Assembly: GCA_965204745.1 (NCBI GenBank)
Contig: OZ242010.1
Location: 3,840,001 to 3,904,000, forward strand
Length of the DNA: 64,000 bases
Source: Candidatus Latescibacterota bacterium
GTDB lineage: Bacteria > Latescibacterota > UBA2968
Reading direction: 5' to 3'
The notes below the pieces were generated by a model. It saw only the letters and a list, made by a program, of their open reading frames with translations, was not told where the DNA came from and ran no database searches. The position numbers were made by a program, and so were the translations under genes. Shown piece by piece: positions 18,716-28,216 of this stretch (position 1 is its first letter; each line of letters begins with the position of its first letter).

Positions 18716-18973
18716 TTGCCCAAACTGGCATCGTCAAAAAAACGCCTGCGCCAGGCCCAAAAAGCCAGGCTTCGCAATAAAAGTGCGCGCTCGCTGTTGC
18801 GGTCTTCCCTGAAAAAGATGTTGGCGACAACGAGCAGAGCGGAAGCCGAAGCCCTGATCAACCGCACGCAGTCCATCATCGATAAAACCGCCCAAAAAGG
18901 CGTTATCCACCTCAATGCAGCGGCCCGATACAAAGCGAGAATCATGACGCACGTCGCCGCACTCGAGTCATAG
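18716..18973 (+). CDS. rpsT: 30S ribosomal protein S20
   Basis: SSKKRLRQ..RNKSARSLLRS..IDKTAQKGVIHLNAAARYKARI; TTG start after AAGGAGGTGA. Confidence 0.93.
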   Translation: MPKLASSKKRLRQAQKARLRNKSARSLLRSSLKKMLATTSRAEAEALINRTQSIIDKTAQKGVIHLNAAARYKARIMTHVAALES

Positions 18974-18991
18974 CCACATCACAGCCATAAA

Positions 18992-19032
18992 ACAAAAAGC
19001 CCGGCAATCTCAAAGAGATGCCGGGTTTTTTT
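18992..19032. terminator. Bidirectional rho-independent terminator
   Basis: AAAAAGCCCGGCAATCTC-AAA-GAGATGCCGGGTTTTTTTT between convergent genes. Confidence 0.8.
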
Positions 19033-19042
19033 TGTTACTGGC

Positions 19043-19234
19043 CTACGGGTCTAACTTGGACTTGTCTATACCTTGAGGCGCGTCCTGCTTTGGCGGCTTT
19101 GTGGCCGGCGTCTGGATTCTTAGAGAGGAAGACCAAAACGTTCCGCCGCGGTTGAGTTGCACCACCGGCGTACAACCCACCAAGTCCAGAACCGTATGTC
19201 CAACTTTCGCAGCATGTATAAGGGCGTGGCTCAT
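19043..19234 (-). pseudogene. Truncated cysteine synthase (CysK-like) 5' remnant
   Basis: VGHTVLDLVGCTPVVQLNR matches the N-terminus of cysteine synthases, then diverges; start overlaps the cysO stop. Confidence 0.6.
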
Positions 19235-19506
19235 CCGCCGGCAATGGCGGGAACGATAGTCACTTGGTCGCCATCTTTGACGTCCGTTTCGCTTCCGTCC
19301 AAGAAGCGAATGTCCTCTTCATTGACATACACATTGACGAATCGGCGGATCGCGCCCGATTCATCGACCATGCGTTCTTTGATGCCCGAATGCCGTGCTT
19401 CGAGGTTGTCGATGACTTCCCTGACGGTCGCGCCCCGCACTTCCACGTCGGCCCGATCGCCCGTGAATTTACGCAGGGGCGTTGGAATGCGAACTGTTAC
19501 AGCCAT
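19231..19506 (-). CDS. MoaD/ThiS/CysO ubiquitin-like sulfur carrier
   Basis: IPTPLR..RRFVNVYVNEEDIRF..C-terminal AIAGG. Confidence 0.92.
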   Translation of the reverse strand: MAVTVRIPTPLRKFTGDRADVEVRGATVREVIDNLEARHSGIKERMVDESGAIRRFVNVYVNEEDIRFLDGSETDVKDGDQVTIVPAIAGG

Positions 19507-19629
19507 GGTTATCTCCTTGGTTAAATGCGGTGAGAGGTGAGAAGGAAGAAGTGAGAGGGCCGCCCAGCCCCGCTACACACTGCGCGCATTTGAACGGGCA
19601 GTCGCTCAGTTGTACTCCGCTCGGGGCTA

Positions 19630-20041
19630 GGTTGTGTTGACATTTACGAGCCCTGCAATGACTTGAGCGGTTTATCGAGAAAATCAAGCCCTGACGTTTC
19701 GCAGTTCAAAGAAGGCATCACAATAAGTGCTCTCGCAAAAGACCCTCCGATCAAGCCATCACGCACAGCGCGCAAGGCCGTCTCGCAACCAACATCCCTC
19801 TTGCAACCCACTTTGCAGGCCAACGCATGTCGTGCGATTACAAAAGCGATTTGCGCTGTGCAAGCCCCTCGGCGTTTGAGAGCGGCATTTTTTGCCTACT
19901 TTTTTTTGCTGTTGAAAAAAAGTAGGTCGCCGAAGGCATCGGAGGCAACCAACGAGGCTTTAGGACCAAACGCCTTAAATGAGCAAGCAACACATTTGCT
20001 AATCTGTGCGTAACAGAAAAAAATAAAATGTCAACACGACC
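19630..20041. mobile_element. MITE family A, copy 1
   Basis: TIR GGTTGTGTTGACATTT / AAATGTCAACACGACC, TA on both flanks. Confidence 0.8.
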
Positions 20042-20059
20042 TAAACTTCCATCTTACTT

Positions 20060-20539
20060 CTACCCTCTTACTTCCTCGAATTGCGATGATGAATCGCACC
20101 ATTGAAATACTTTTTTGTTGTGTTCATCTACCCGCGCGTGTTGGACCGCGATGACGGGATAGACCACGCCGGGGTAGGTGGGTTCGCCGAAGAAGGTTGC
20201 GGCGTTGTGGTCTTCTTCAGAGAAGTACGCGGGGACGTCGATGTGCGAATGGTAAATCGCGATCATCCGCCCGCCCGCTTTTTCGGCTTCGGATTGAATC
20301 CGCATCACTTGCATGTCGTCCATGCGATAAGCCATCTTTGAGGTGCGCGGATGGGTTTCGGGATCGGCGGCGTGCAATTTGTCTTGGATATTTTCGCAGG
20401 GATGCACCACCTGCACTCCCGAAGCGTCTTCGGTGACGATGCCGCAGCACTCGGCCGGGTACTCGCGTTTTGCGTGGGCAACCATGGCGTCCCAAACGGG
20501 TTTGTCAAACACGATCACCTCGCGGAGTTGAGCCGCCAC
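20060..20539 (-). CDS. JAB/M67 metallopeptidase (Mec, CysO-cysteine peptidase-like)
   Basis: YPAECCG, IYHSH, FSEED JAMM motif. Confidence 0.9.
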   Translation of the reverse strand: MAAQLREVIVFDKPVWDAMVAHAKREYPAECCGIVTEDASGVQVVHPCENIQDKLHAADPETHPRTSKMAYRMDDMQVMRIQSEAEKAGGRMIAIYHSHIDVPAYFSEEDHNAATFFGEPTYPGVVYPVIAVQHARVDEHNKKVFQWCDSSSQFEEVRG

Positions 20540-21441
20540 AAGGGCGTGCTCATGTACTTTTCCCCACTGTCGGGAAACAGGGTGACGATGACCCCATGAT
20601 CCAGGGTTTCGGCGACTTTCAGGGCCGCGGCCATCGCAGCACCGCAGGACTGCCCCACGAGCAGGCCCATGTCTCGGGTCAACCAGCGCGCTATGTGATA
20701 GGCGTCTTCGGTTTCGATCCGCATTTTTTTATCCCACACAGCGGGGTCGTAAATGCCGGGCACAATGGACACATCCATGTTTTTGAGGCCCTCGATGCCG
20801 TGAAATTCGGGCGGTTCAACGGCGATGATTTGCACATTGGGATTGCGTTCTTTCAGGCCCTGCGCCGTGCCCATCAACGTGCCACTCGTGCCCAAGGTTG
20901 CCACAAAGTGCGTGATTCTGCCCCGGGTTTGCGCCCAGATTTCTGGGGCCGTGTGCAAGTAGTGCGCTTTGGGATTGGAGGGGTTGTTGTACTGATCGGG
21001 TTTGTAATACCGATCCGGTGCGGCCGCGAGGATGTCTCGGCATTTCAAGATCGCGCCGTCTGACCCCTCGAGCGGGTCGCTCAAGACCAATTCCGAGCCG
21101 TAATGCTGAATGACGTAGCGCCGCTCAATGCTCACGCTTTCGGGCATGACCAGTTCGACCCGGTACCCCTTTGCCGCGCCGATCATGGCATAGGCAATGC
21201 CGGTGTTGCCCGAGGTCGAATCCAAAATCACTTTGTCGGATGTGAGTTCGCCCGCTTGTTCCGCATCCTCGATCATCTGCAACGCAGGGCGATCCTTGAC
21301 CGATCCGCCCGGGTTAAACATTTCGAGCTTGGCCCAGATTTCAACACGCGGATCGATCTTTTTGCCCAACCCGCGAATGTGCAACAACGGCGTTTTGCCG
21401 ATGGCATCGAGAATGGAATGGCGAATGCCCTTGCGCTTCAT
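20515..21441 (-). CDS. cysM: PLP-dependent cysteine synthase B
   Basis: NPGGSVKDR, TSGNTG, GTSGT; adjacent to mec and cysO. Confidence 0.88.
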   Translation of the reverse strand: MKRKGIRHSILDAIGKTPLLHIRGLGKKIDPRVEIWAKLEMFNPGGSVKDRPALQMIEDAEQAGELTSDKVILDSTSGNTGIAYAMIGAAKGYRVELVMPESVSIERRYVIQHYGSELVLSDPLEGSDGAILKCRDILAAAPDRYYKPDQYNNPSNPKAHYLHTAPEIWAQTRGRITHFVATLGTSGTLMGTAQGLKERNPNVQIIAVEPPEFHGIEGLKNMDVSIVPGIYDPAVWDKKMRIETEDAYHIARWLTRDMGLLVGQSCGAAMAAALKVAETLDHGVIVTLFPDSGEKYMSTPLWRLNSAR

Positions 21442-21464
21442 AAATGGCCTGCCCGATCTCGAGG

Positions 21465-21851
21465 TTAATACAGCTTTGCCAAAAATTCGGTGAAACTGCC
21501 CGATAGGTCGGATATCTCATCGCTTTCGTGATTCCAAAAAACCACCGAATCAATTCGCCCGTCTGCAATTTTGAAAGCGATGAAATTTCCGAATGGGTCT
21601 GTTGCAATGGGGATTAGGTTATCGGGAGGGATCGCTTGGGCAATGGCGATGGTGTCTTCGAGATCGACCATGTAATCGAGGACGCATTCCCTTTCGCGTT
21701 CCGCGTCAAATCGTTCCAAGGTGGGTTTTCCTCGGTTGCATGTCTCGAGCGATGCCTTGTAGTCATCCGGCAGGCTGAGGTCAAAGTGTGCCTCAATTTT
21801 TGCCACTTGGTCTTTGTCCAATGGCGAGACGTATTTCCATTCTAAGGTCAT
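21465..21851 (-). CDS. SMI1/KNR4 (SUKH) immunity protein
   Basis: IEAHFDLSLPDDYK, IPIATDPFGN, VFWNHE, SFTEFL. Confidence 0.9.
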   Translation of the reverse strand: MTLEWKYVSPLDKDQVAKIEAHFDLSLPDDYKASLETCNRGKPTLERFDAERERECVLDYMVDLEDTIAIAQAIPPDNLIPIATDPFGNFIAFKIADGRIDSVVFWNHESDEISDLSGSFTEFLAKLY

Positions 21852-21867
21852 CACATGCTCTCCTGTT

Positions 21868-22353
21868 TTATCGTGCTTCGCTTCCACCGCCCCATAAGCT
21901 CCAGCCGCCTACATGCGGAGTTCTGCGGTGGACTTCAGAATCTACCAACTGCATGCGCCCCGGTTCTTCGTGGTGATGCCAAGTATATCCTTCGGGCTTA
22001 TCGCCATTGCGGATTTGTTCTAGTTGCCTGTCGGTGAATTGCTCGGTGTCGAGCGTGCCGTTCTCGTAAGCCTGATGCAACTGCTCGTTGCAATACTTGT
22101 CATGCAGATAACGAGAATCCTCGAGTTGATCCTCGGGGAGTTGGGTTTCATAGCGGCAATGTTCAGAGAAATCGTGTATCAACCCCTGTTCTTTCAAATC
22201 CGCGAGGCGAATCTCATACAAAATTTCAGCGCGGAAAGACTCATCTTGGAGCATCACATCAACTCGCTCACCGATGACTTCTTGCGGAATCTCTTTCTCG
22301 ATTGCCGAAGGGGTTTCGCTCAACTCGGTTGCCGTAGTCTCAATAACCATCAC
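21868..22353 (-). CDS. HNH/EndoVII-fold WHH nuclease toxin
   Basis: PEGYTWHHHEEPGRMQLVD..H..HVGG. Confidence 0.9.
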   Translation of the reverse strand: MMVIETTATELSETPSAIEKEIPQEVIGERVDVMLQDESFRAEILYEIRLADLKEQGLIHDFSEHCRYETQLPEDQLEDSRYLHDKYCNEQLHQAYENGTLDTEQFTDRQLEQIRNGDKPEGYTWHHHEEPGRMQLVDSEVHRRTPHVGGWSLWGGGSEAR

Positions 22354-25300
22354 ATCACTCGCTTTCTAATGGCGTTGCGTATCTCTTGCACGATTCGCTT
22401 TCTAATGGCGTTGCGTATCTCTTGCACGATCTCGCGGTCGTCAACGAGTAGCTTTTTGTCAACGATTTTATCAAGTGCTTCGGGTAGTTTAATGTCTGTT
22501 TTCTTTGATTTCTTCGTTCCACGTTCATAAATAGCCAGATTTGCTACGCTCTCCATGATTCTATCCCGACTGCTCTCACCCAGCCATTTGTCAAAGGCCG
22601 CCATGAACCGCACGCGATTAAAACGCAGGCGATCATCCCAAAGGCGATTAACAGCCTCTAAAACATCACCATCAATGACTCTTTCCTTCGCAAGCCCCAA
22701 AGTCAAAAAAAATAACACGCGGCAAAACCATTCGCGCAAGGCACGTTCTATGGTTTCATCAGTGACGTACATCAGTTGCTCTGCTTTTCTGGCCGTTTTT
22801 ATGGCTTCGGGCAAGAGATCGTCGAGTTCAGAATTTGAGAGAAATAACGAACGAAGCAATTTTATGGCTTCGGGCAAGAGATCGTCGAGTTCAGCGTTTG
22901 AAAGAAAAAGCGAATGGAGCAATCGCAGTGCGATGGCACGCAGGTCTCGGCTGTCCAGCAAGCCGCTCTCGTGTAATGCGAGTTCCGGCTCCTGGCCCTC
23001 GACTTTGATCCTTATATCTCCAATCGCCTCATTCGGCAGTTCATTAAAAACGGAAATTTCAACCGGCTTTGACATTCCCTCTTTGTGCGCGAGTGCCGTG
23101 CCCGCAGAAAGTTGGTTGAGGTACCGGCATTCCTGTTCCTCCAATCCCAAGCCCGTGCCGACGGCGATTTGGTCATCGATTGAAACGAGCCTGTGGATGA
23201 TCTTGGTGTTGGTGTTCTTGATGACATCCGGGGCGATTTTGGTCGGGATTTGCTCGGCGACAATCACGCCTTGGCCGTAGGAGCGCATCTCGGCAATGAG
23301 GTTGCAAAAAGACTCGACGGCTTTGCCTTTGGGATTGCCGATCATTTCACTGGTGCGCTCGGTTTGCACGTTTTTGAGCAACCTGTGCGCTTCTTCAATA
23401 ACCAAGACGTGGTGGAGATCATCCGTGTGTGTCAGAGTGCTTTCGCGGGCCGAACATTGCCGGTATTCGCTTACCAACGCGAGCATCAAACCGACGAAGA
23501 AGGCTTTGTCGTCGTCATCGGAAAGGGATTCGAGTTCAAACACAACGCGACCTTTTAGCAAATCCTCTATGTTTCTAAAATCGTGCGTGTTAAAGAGAAA
23601 GCCCTTCGCGCCAACGGCTAAGGATTCGAGACGGGCGACAATCGCGCTGCGGATATTGTCCTGCAATTCGCCTTTGTATTCCAATTCCTCTTTTACATAC
23701 CGGTTCACATCGTCGATCAAGTCTCTGATCGTGGGATAGATAAAGCGGTGAGTTTGGCAATCCGCGAACGTTTTTATTTTCACCCGCTGATGGTTGCCCG
23801 TGGTCAAGTTCCATCCGCGATCCTTGTAGATGTTGTAAATACATTTTTCGAGGATGTAGGGCATCGGCCCGTAGAGGGAGAAACTCGCGTAAAAGATGGA
23901 TTTGAGGTTGTCGATATGGGTGATGAGCGACACCCCGGGAAGCACCATAAACGGGTTGTGGCGTATTGGCGAAACACCCGAATCGCCAACCGTATAGACG
24001 CGCAAGTTGCCGTCGTATTTCGCATCGGTCAATAATCTGCGGTATTCCCTCTTGGCGGATTCGATGACGAGGAAGGGCGTGTCAATGCTGTGCAAGATGT
24101 GCTTGACTGTGGTCGTCTTGCCCGATCCGGTGAGGCCAGAGACAAAGATGTGTTTGCGGATGTCGTCTTTTGAGATGGTAAAGTCAGAGCCTTTTACAAC
24201 TCGTCCGTGTTCGGAAATGCGACCGATTGAATAACCTGCGCGGTCTCGGGTATCCGTCAGGCTCAAGGCGGGTTTGACGCGAATATCATAGCCGGGAACA
24301 GAAGAAAGCGGCGGGGCCATGAGCAAGGCGGCTTCGTCGCTCGACAAGAACGACAGCAATTTGTTGCCCGTGATGAGGGATCCCCCATCTCGCTCTTTGG
24401 GAACGAAGATCGGTATGTCGGCGGATAACGCACCGCTGACGTTTCGGATCGGCAGGGCGTCGGGATCGGCCTTGATGAGTTCGCCTGCCAAGGTGCCGGA
24501 TAAAATTTGCGAGGCCGTACGCGATCCTGTCGCGTATGTGATAAAACTTTCCCAAAGCCCGGTGTTCAAGCCATTACGCAATCGGGTGATCAGCTTATCG
24601 GCGATACTTTCCAACTCCCTCGCAAGCGTGTTCTGCTGTTCGTAGGAAAGACTGCGCCCGACGTTTTCCGACCAGCCTACGGAATCGGTTTCCGAACGGC
24701 TTGAGAATTTTGTTTTATTGTAAGAGTACCCCACAGAAGGCAGAAGCATCAGCCCCATCAGCCCCATCAGCCCCGTCATACCCACATTGAATCCATGAGA
24801 ACGCGATTCCCCTTCTGTCTCTTGAACCGCATGGCTTTGGTTTATGCCTGCACTCTCTTCCAGCCCGATTTGCCGATTTGCCAGCGCGTGGCACTGATCT
24901 TTTCGGTTCATCAGTTCGTGAAGTTGCTGTGCCGTCTCGTATTTCGCAACAGGACGTGAGACTATCGCCAAGAGAAATTCCTGCCCATTCATGCTTCTTA
25001 TGACCGAAGACAGATCGAAGGTCTGTTTTTTCTTATCTATTTTCTGTGTCGGAATACCTGTGAGGACGCCGCCATGCTTTTGTTCCTTTAGCCTGTTGAC
25101 GATTCTTTCTCTATCGGATTCGATGCCTTTCCCGGGATAAACCCCCTGCAATTGTTCCCTGAACACATCCTTCACATCTTCCTCACCTCTGACTCCAAGA
25201 AAAATGTCAACCGTGCCGCCGCCATCTCCTGAAATGATCGTCGTAAGCGTATAGCCTGCTTGGGCGGCGGCGACAATCGCGGCTTGCTGTCTTTTGTAGA

Positions 25301-25553
25301 TCAGATCAGCCACATCTTGAGCATCGGCGGACACAGAAATCTCCCCAACTCGAAACAAATAGAGCGAATCGAGAAATCGCTCAATGTCGCCGCGACCTCG
25401 CATGACGTTTTCGCGCAGGGTATCGGTGTCCGTTGACGCAATGGTCCAAGGGAGAAGGTCCGAGAAAATTGCGTTGAGTTCCCGCGCCCCATCTTCCTGA
25501 TCAGGCACTTTCTGTTTTTCAAGAGCCTTTGTCATAAATGCCTCTCTTGTCAT
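22350..25553 (-). CDS. HerA/FtsK-superfamily ATPase (DUF87-like), 1067 aa
   Basis: Walker A GLTGSGKT, Walker B VIEEAH, EMRSYG, EQIP; Gly-rich hydrophobic stretch near aa 260. Confidence 0.88.
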   Translation of the reverse strand: MTREAFMTKALEKQKVPDQEDGARELNAIFSDLLPWTIASTDTDTLRENVMRGRGDIERFLDSLYLFRVGEISVSADAQDVADLIYKRQQAAIVAAAQAGYTLTTIISGDGGGTVDIFLGVRGEEDVKDVFREQLQGVYPGKGIESDRERIVNRLKEQKHGGVLTGIPTQKIDKKKQTFDLSSVIRSMNGQEFLLAIVSRPVAKYETAQQLHELMNRKDQCHALANRQIGLEESAGINQSHAVQETEGESRSHGFNVGMTGLMGLMGLMLLPSVGYSYNKTKFSSRSETDSVGWSENVGRSLSYEQQNTLARELESIADKLITRLRNGLNTGLWESFITYATGSRTASQILSGTLAGELIKADPDALPIRNVSGALSADIPIFVPKERDGGSLITGNKLLSFLSSDEAALLMAPPLSSVPGYDIRVKPALSLTDTRDRAGYSIGRISEHGRVVKGSDFTISKDDIRKHIFVSGLTGSGKTTTVKHILHSIDTPFLVIESAKREYRRLLTDAKYDGNLRVYTVGDSGVSPIRHNPFMVLPGVSLITHIDNLKSIFYASFSLYGPMPYILEKCIYNIYKDRGWNLTTGNHQRVKIKTFADCQTHRFIYPTIRDLIDDVNRYVKEELEYKGELQDNIRSAIVARLESLAVGAKGFLFNTHDFRNIEDLLKGRVVFELESLSDDDDKAFFVGLMLALVSEYRQCSARESTLTHTDDLHHVLVIEEAHRLLKNVQTERTSEMIGNPKGKAVESFCNLIAEMRSYGQGVIVAEQIPTKIAPDVIKNTNTKIIHRLVSIDDQIAVGTGLGLEEQECRYLNQLSAGTALAHKEGMSKPVEISVFNELPNEAIGDIRIKVEGQEPELALHESGLLDSRDLRAIALRLLHSLFLSNAELDDLLPEAIKLLRSLFLSNSELDDLLPEAIKTARKAEQLMYVTDETIERALREWFCRVLFFLTLGLAKERVIDGDVLEAVNRLWDDRLRFNRVRFMAAFDKWLGESSRDRIMESVANLAIYERGTKKSKKTDIKLPEALDKIVDKKLLVDDREIVQEIRNAIRKRIVQEIRNAIRKRVM

Positions 25554-25573
25554 TCATCGAGAAACCGCCATCA

Positions 25574-25813
25574 CTACTCGGCATCCAACACGCGCTGAAA
25601 TGCCGCCAGATCGGTCACTTGCGCCGCCGAGCGAAGCAACTGCTTGAGGCGTTGCAAATCGTCAATGGCCCTGATACCGGCGGCGAATTGGTTAGCCGCG
25701 TTAGGGTCAAAGCGAACCTCCAACACGTCGAGGATATATTCAACTGCACGCTCTCTACCCGCTCTTTGCATGAGATATTGTGCAAACGATGATTCACGCA
25801 TAATCGCGTCCAT
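25574..25813 (-). CDS. Standalone Rpn C-terminal domain protein (RpnS-like)
   Basis: Paralogous to the last ~77 aa of upstream Rpn; own RBS AGGAGG before MDAIMRESS. Confidence 0.75.
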   Translation of the reverse strand: MDAIMRESSFAQYLMQRAGRERAVEYILDVLEVRFDPNAANQFAAGIRAIDDLQRLKQLLRSAAQVTDLAAFQRVLDAE

Positions 25814-25827
25814 AAGACCCTCCTGCA

Positions 25828-26694
25828 CTACTCGGCATCCAACACGCGCTGAAATTCATCTAGACCATCAACTTGCACTGCCGCATGAAGCAACTGCTTA
25901 AGCCGTTGTGTATCGTTGATGGTCGCAATGCGACCTGTGAACTGGCCGGCCGCGGCCGGACCAAAGCGAATCTCCAACACTTCTTGGATGCTCTCTTGCA
26001 TGCCCACTTGTTTAATGTATTGTGCAAACGACGATTCGCGCATAATCGCGTCCATAAGACCCTCCTGAGAAATGATGCTCGTAATAGTGCTTGGCTCGTA
26101 CACCAACCCACTCAATACCGCCAACCCACCCAAAAAATTAGCCTTGGTTGAATGATCCAACGACACCTCATCGGTTTTGAGGATACACTGACGCAACCAT
26201 TCCTGTGAAGCCATCCCCACAGGCGGTTTCATCAATGGCGCGAACGGTAGCAAACCTCGATGACCGCCCTCGATAATGCTTTGCCCGTCTATCTCGCTCA
26301 GCCGAATCACCTTGTAGCGCACCACCACTTGGAAGTCGGGATGCTCTTGGATGTAAAGCCCTGGATCGTGCCGCCCTGCATCGGGCCGCAAGTAGATTAC
26401 GCTGGAATAGACAGGTAGGCCATACTTCTCAATAGCGCGGCCGACATAGCTGGGTATGCGGTGCTGCATCGGGATGCCCGTGCTGTCCGTGGTTTGAAAT
26501 TCCGTGTGAACCACGACATCTTTGCCATCGATCCGCACGAGAATCAGGCTATCGGTTTGGCGCGTTTCAACCGTGGGTTGTTCCGTGTCGAGGATTGCTC
26601 GGAACTCAACGTCGGTTCGTTCAAGTGCGAATTGGACGAAGTCGTCGGGGTAAGTTTGAATCAGTCGTTTGGAAATCGTATCGTATTCGGCCAT
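25828..26694 (-). CDS. Rpn/YhgA-like PD-(D/E)XK nuclease family protein
   Basis: YDTISKRL..P, TDSL, HTEFQ, VIYL, LLPFAPL, MRESS. Confidence 0.8.
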   Translation of the reverse strand: MAEYDTISKRLIQTYPDDFVQFALERTDVEFRAILDTEQPTVETRQTDSLILVRIDGKDVVVHTEFQTTDSTGIPMQHRIPSYVGRAIEKYGLPVYSSVIYLRPDAGRHDPGLYIQEHPDFQVVVRYKVIRLSEIDGQSIIEGGHRGLLPFAPLMKPPVGMASQEWLRQCILKTDEVSLDHSTKANFLGGLAVLSGLVYEPSTITSIISQEGLMDAIMRESSFAQYIKQVGMQESIQEVLEIRFGPAAAGQFTGRIATINDTQRLKQLLHAAVQVDGLDEFQRVLDAE

Positions 26695-26758
26695 GTGGAT
26701 ACCTTCGGCTCAAAAAATAAAATCATCCCTGCTTACATCCGCAGGGCCATTGTATTCC

Positions 26759-26950
26759 CTATTCACTAAAAAGGTGCAGGCGCGCTCCACCGAGCGGTGG
26801 GGTGATATTGTATTTGGGTTTCGTATCGACCCCCAAGCGGTGCAATTCCAACTCCAACTTCTCGTGCCGCGCCACCAAATCTGGATCAACCATCGGGTTG
26901 CGCCTAAGAATTTCAGCCTTTTCCATCGGCTTGGGCATTTGATTGGTCAT
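26759..26950 (-). CDS. Hypothetical 63-aa protein
   Basis: Co-oriented ORF with RBS GAGGA just after the upstream stop. Confidence 0.55.
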   Translation of the reverse strand: MTNQMPKPMEKAEILRRNPMVDPDLVARHEKLELELHRLGVDTKPKYNITPPLGGARLHLFSE

Positions 26951-26958
26951 GGTATTCC

Positions 26959-27609
26959 TCAGCGTCTGAGGCGGATTCTCTCGCGGATTCTCTCGAGTTT
27001 TTCCTCTATGCGTTCCTGCAAGTATGCCTCTTGTACTAGTTCACCGTCCCATATATCGAAATCAGCAATACCTGATGCAACACGTATTGCTTCAACCAAA
27101 AGGTCAATGTCGTCAACGCCGCGGTGGAGTCCGCGGTAAAGGATGGCGTATGCCAATGTAGCATCGCGGAGATCAATATCACTGAATGAGCCAGCGATCC
27201 ATTGATAAGGAATATTTATTTTTTGAATTTCCTCTGCCATTTGTGTGCCATGTGCGCCGCCGCAACATGACATACACACACCAAGGCCACCGATATACTC
27301 ATGAATGTCAAGAAGGTAGTCAGCGAGTTCAGGCCACGGGATTCTGCTCTGATCGGTAAGTTGAATGCCTTGTTCGCTCCCGTGTGTACTGAGATGCAAA
27401 ATTGGAACTTTGCGGAACTTATCTATGGCTTCTTCAACCCTATTAGTCATTGCGATGTCGAATTGATCCAAGTCAATCGCAAGATTATATGAGTATTGAA
27501 TCCCAGCGATGTCGAGAAGCCCGTATAGAGCTCCGCCCTCGGTAATACCATCAAGCAGTTCGTCAGGCGATGGTGATTCGACTATATGGACATAGAAATT
27601 GTTAGCCAT
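26959..27609 (-). CDS. Caspase/CHAT-like protease-fold protein
   Basis: ILHLSTHG and VCMSCCGG give a His-Gly / Cys dyad spacing. Confidence 0.6.
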   Translation of the reverse strand: MANNFYVHIVESPSPDELLDGITEGGALYGLLDIAGIQYSYNLAIDLDQFDIAMTNRVEEAIDKFRKVPILHLSTHGSEQGIQLTDQSRIPWPELADYLLDIHEYIGGLGVCMSCCGGAHGTQMAEEIQKINIPYQWIAGSFSDIDLRDATLAYAILYRGLHRGVDDIDLLVEAIRVASGIADFDIWDGELVQEAYLQERIEEKLERIRERIRLRR

Positions 27610-27610
27610 T

Positions 27611-28216
27611 TCAATTTTCCTCCGCAGGTGTGATTTCCTCAAACAGCGCGACGTATTCATCAATGATTTTTCGCGCTTGTTCTTGGTAGCGCGTCTCAAC
27701 CGCATCGAGATGGGCATGCAACTGCTCTAAGGTCTTTGTCTTATTGCGCTTATCCACGACGCGGGGAATGAGAAAGAACATGCCCGCTGCCACAACGACG
27801 ATAAACGCGCCAGAGGGAAAAGCGGTAGCGACAACAGCGCGATAGATGCCGCCAGCAGCGACAACACCAGAGGCGATCTGGATGTATTTTTTGGGCAAAA
27901 TTTTAGGCGAAAAGGACGCGGTCTCGTCAATGCGGGATGAGACCTGATCGCGGATTTTACTGTCGTAATACCGATTTTGATCCACGGGTGCCCAGTTGGA
28001 GATCGCTTGGCGGGCGTCTTTGTCCAGATAGGTCAGCAAGGTCGTCTGGATGACGCCATTGATATTTTCGATGCGCGCCCTCAACTCTTGGGCGATTCGC
28101 TCCGCGTACATTTCGCTTCCGCTGTTCTCTGAGTCCAGATCATTGAAATACGCTTTGATCTCTTGCACCATAGACCCAATATCAGAGAAGATGAGTTCAG
28201 CGTGGGTGAGTTTCAT
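27611..28216 (-). CDS. Helical protein with a two-helix hydrophobic hairpin
   Basis: IASGVVAAGGIY..AFIVVVAAGMFFLIP; TGATG coupling to the dynamin gene. Confidence 0.7.
   Translation of the reverse strand: MKLTHAELIFSDIGSMVQEIKAYFNDLDSENSGSEMYAERIAQELRARIENINGVIQTTLLTYLDKDARQAISNWAPVDQNRYYDSKIRDQVSSRIDETASFSPKILPKKYIQIASGVVAAGGIYRAVVATAFPSGAFIVVVAAGMFFLIPRVVDKRNKTKTLEQLHAHLDAVETRYQEQARKIIDEYVALFEEITPAEEN

Noticed and set aside
19663-20013. Paralogous ORFs with AAFFAYFFLLLKKSR (also 44431-44616)
   Set aside because: Translations of a palindromic dispersed repeat; no RBS
19231-20539. Ubiquitin-like + JAB pair as a CBASS/Bil-type defence system
   Set aside because: Adjacent cysM and absence of E1/E2 or cyclase genes fit the CysO-Mec cysteine pathway
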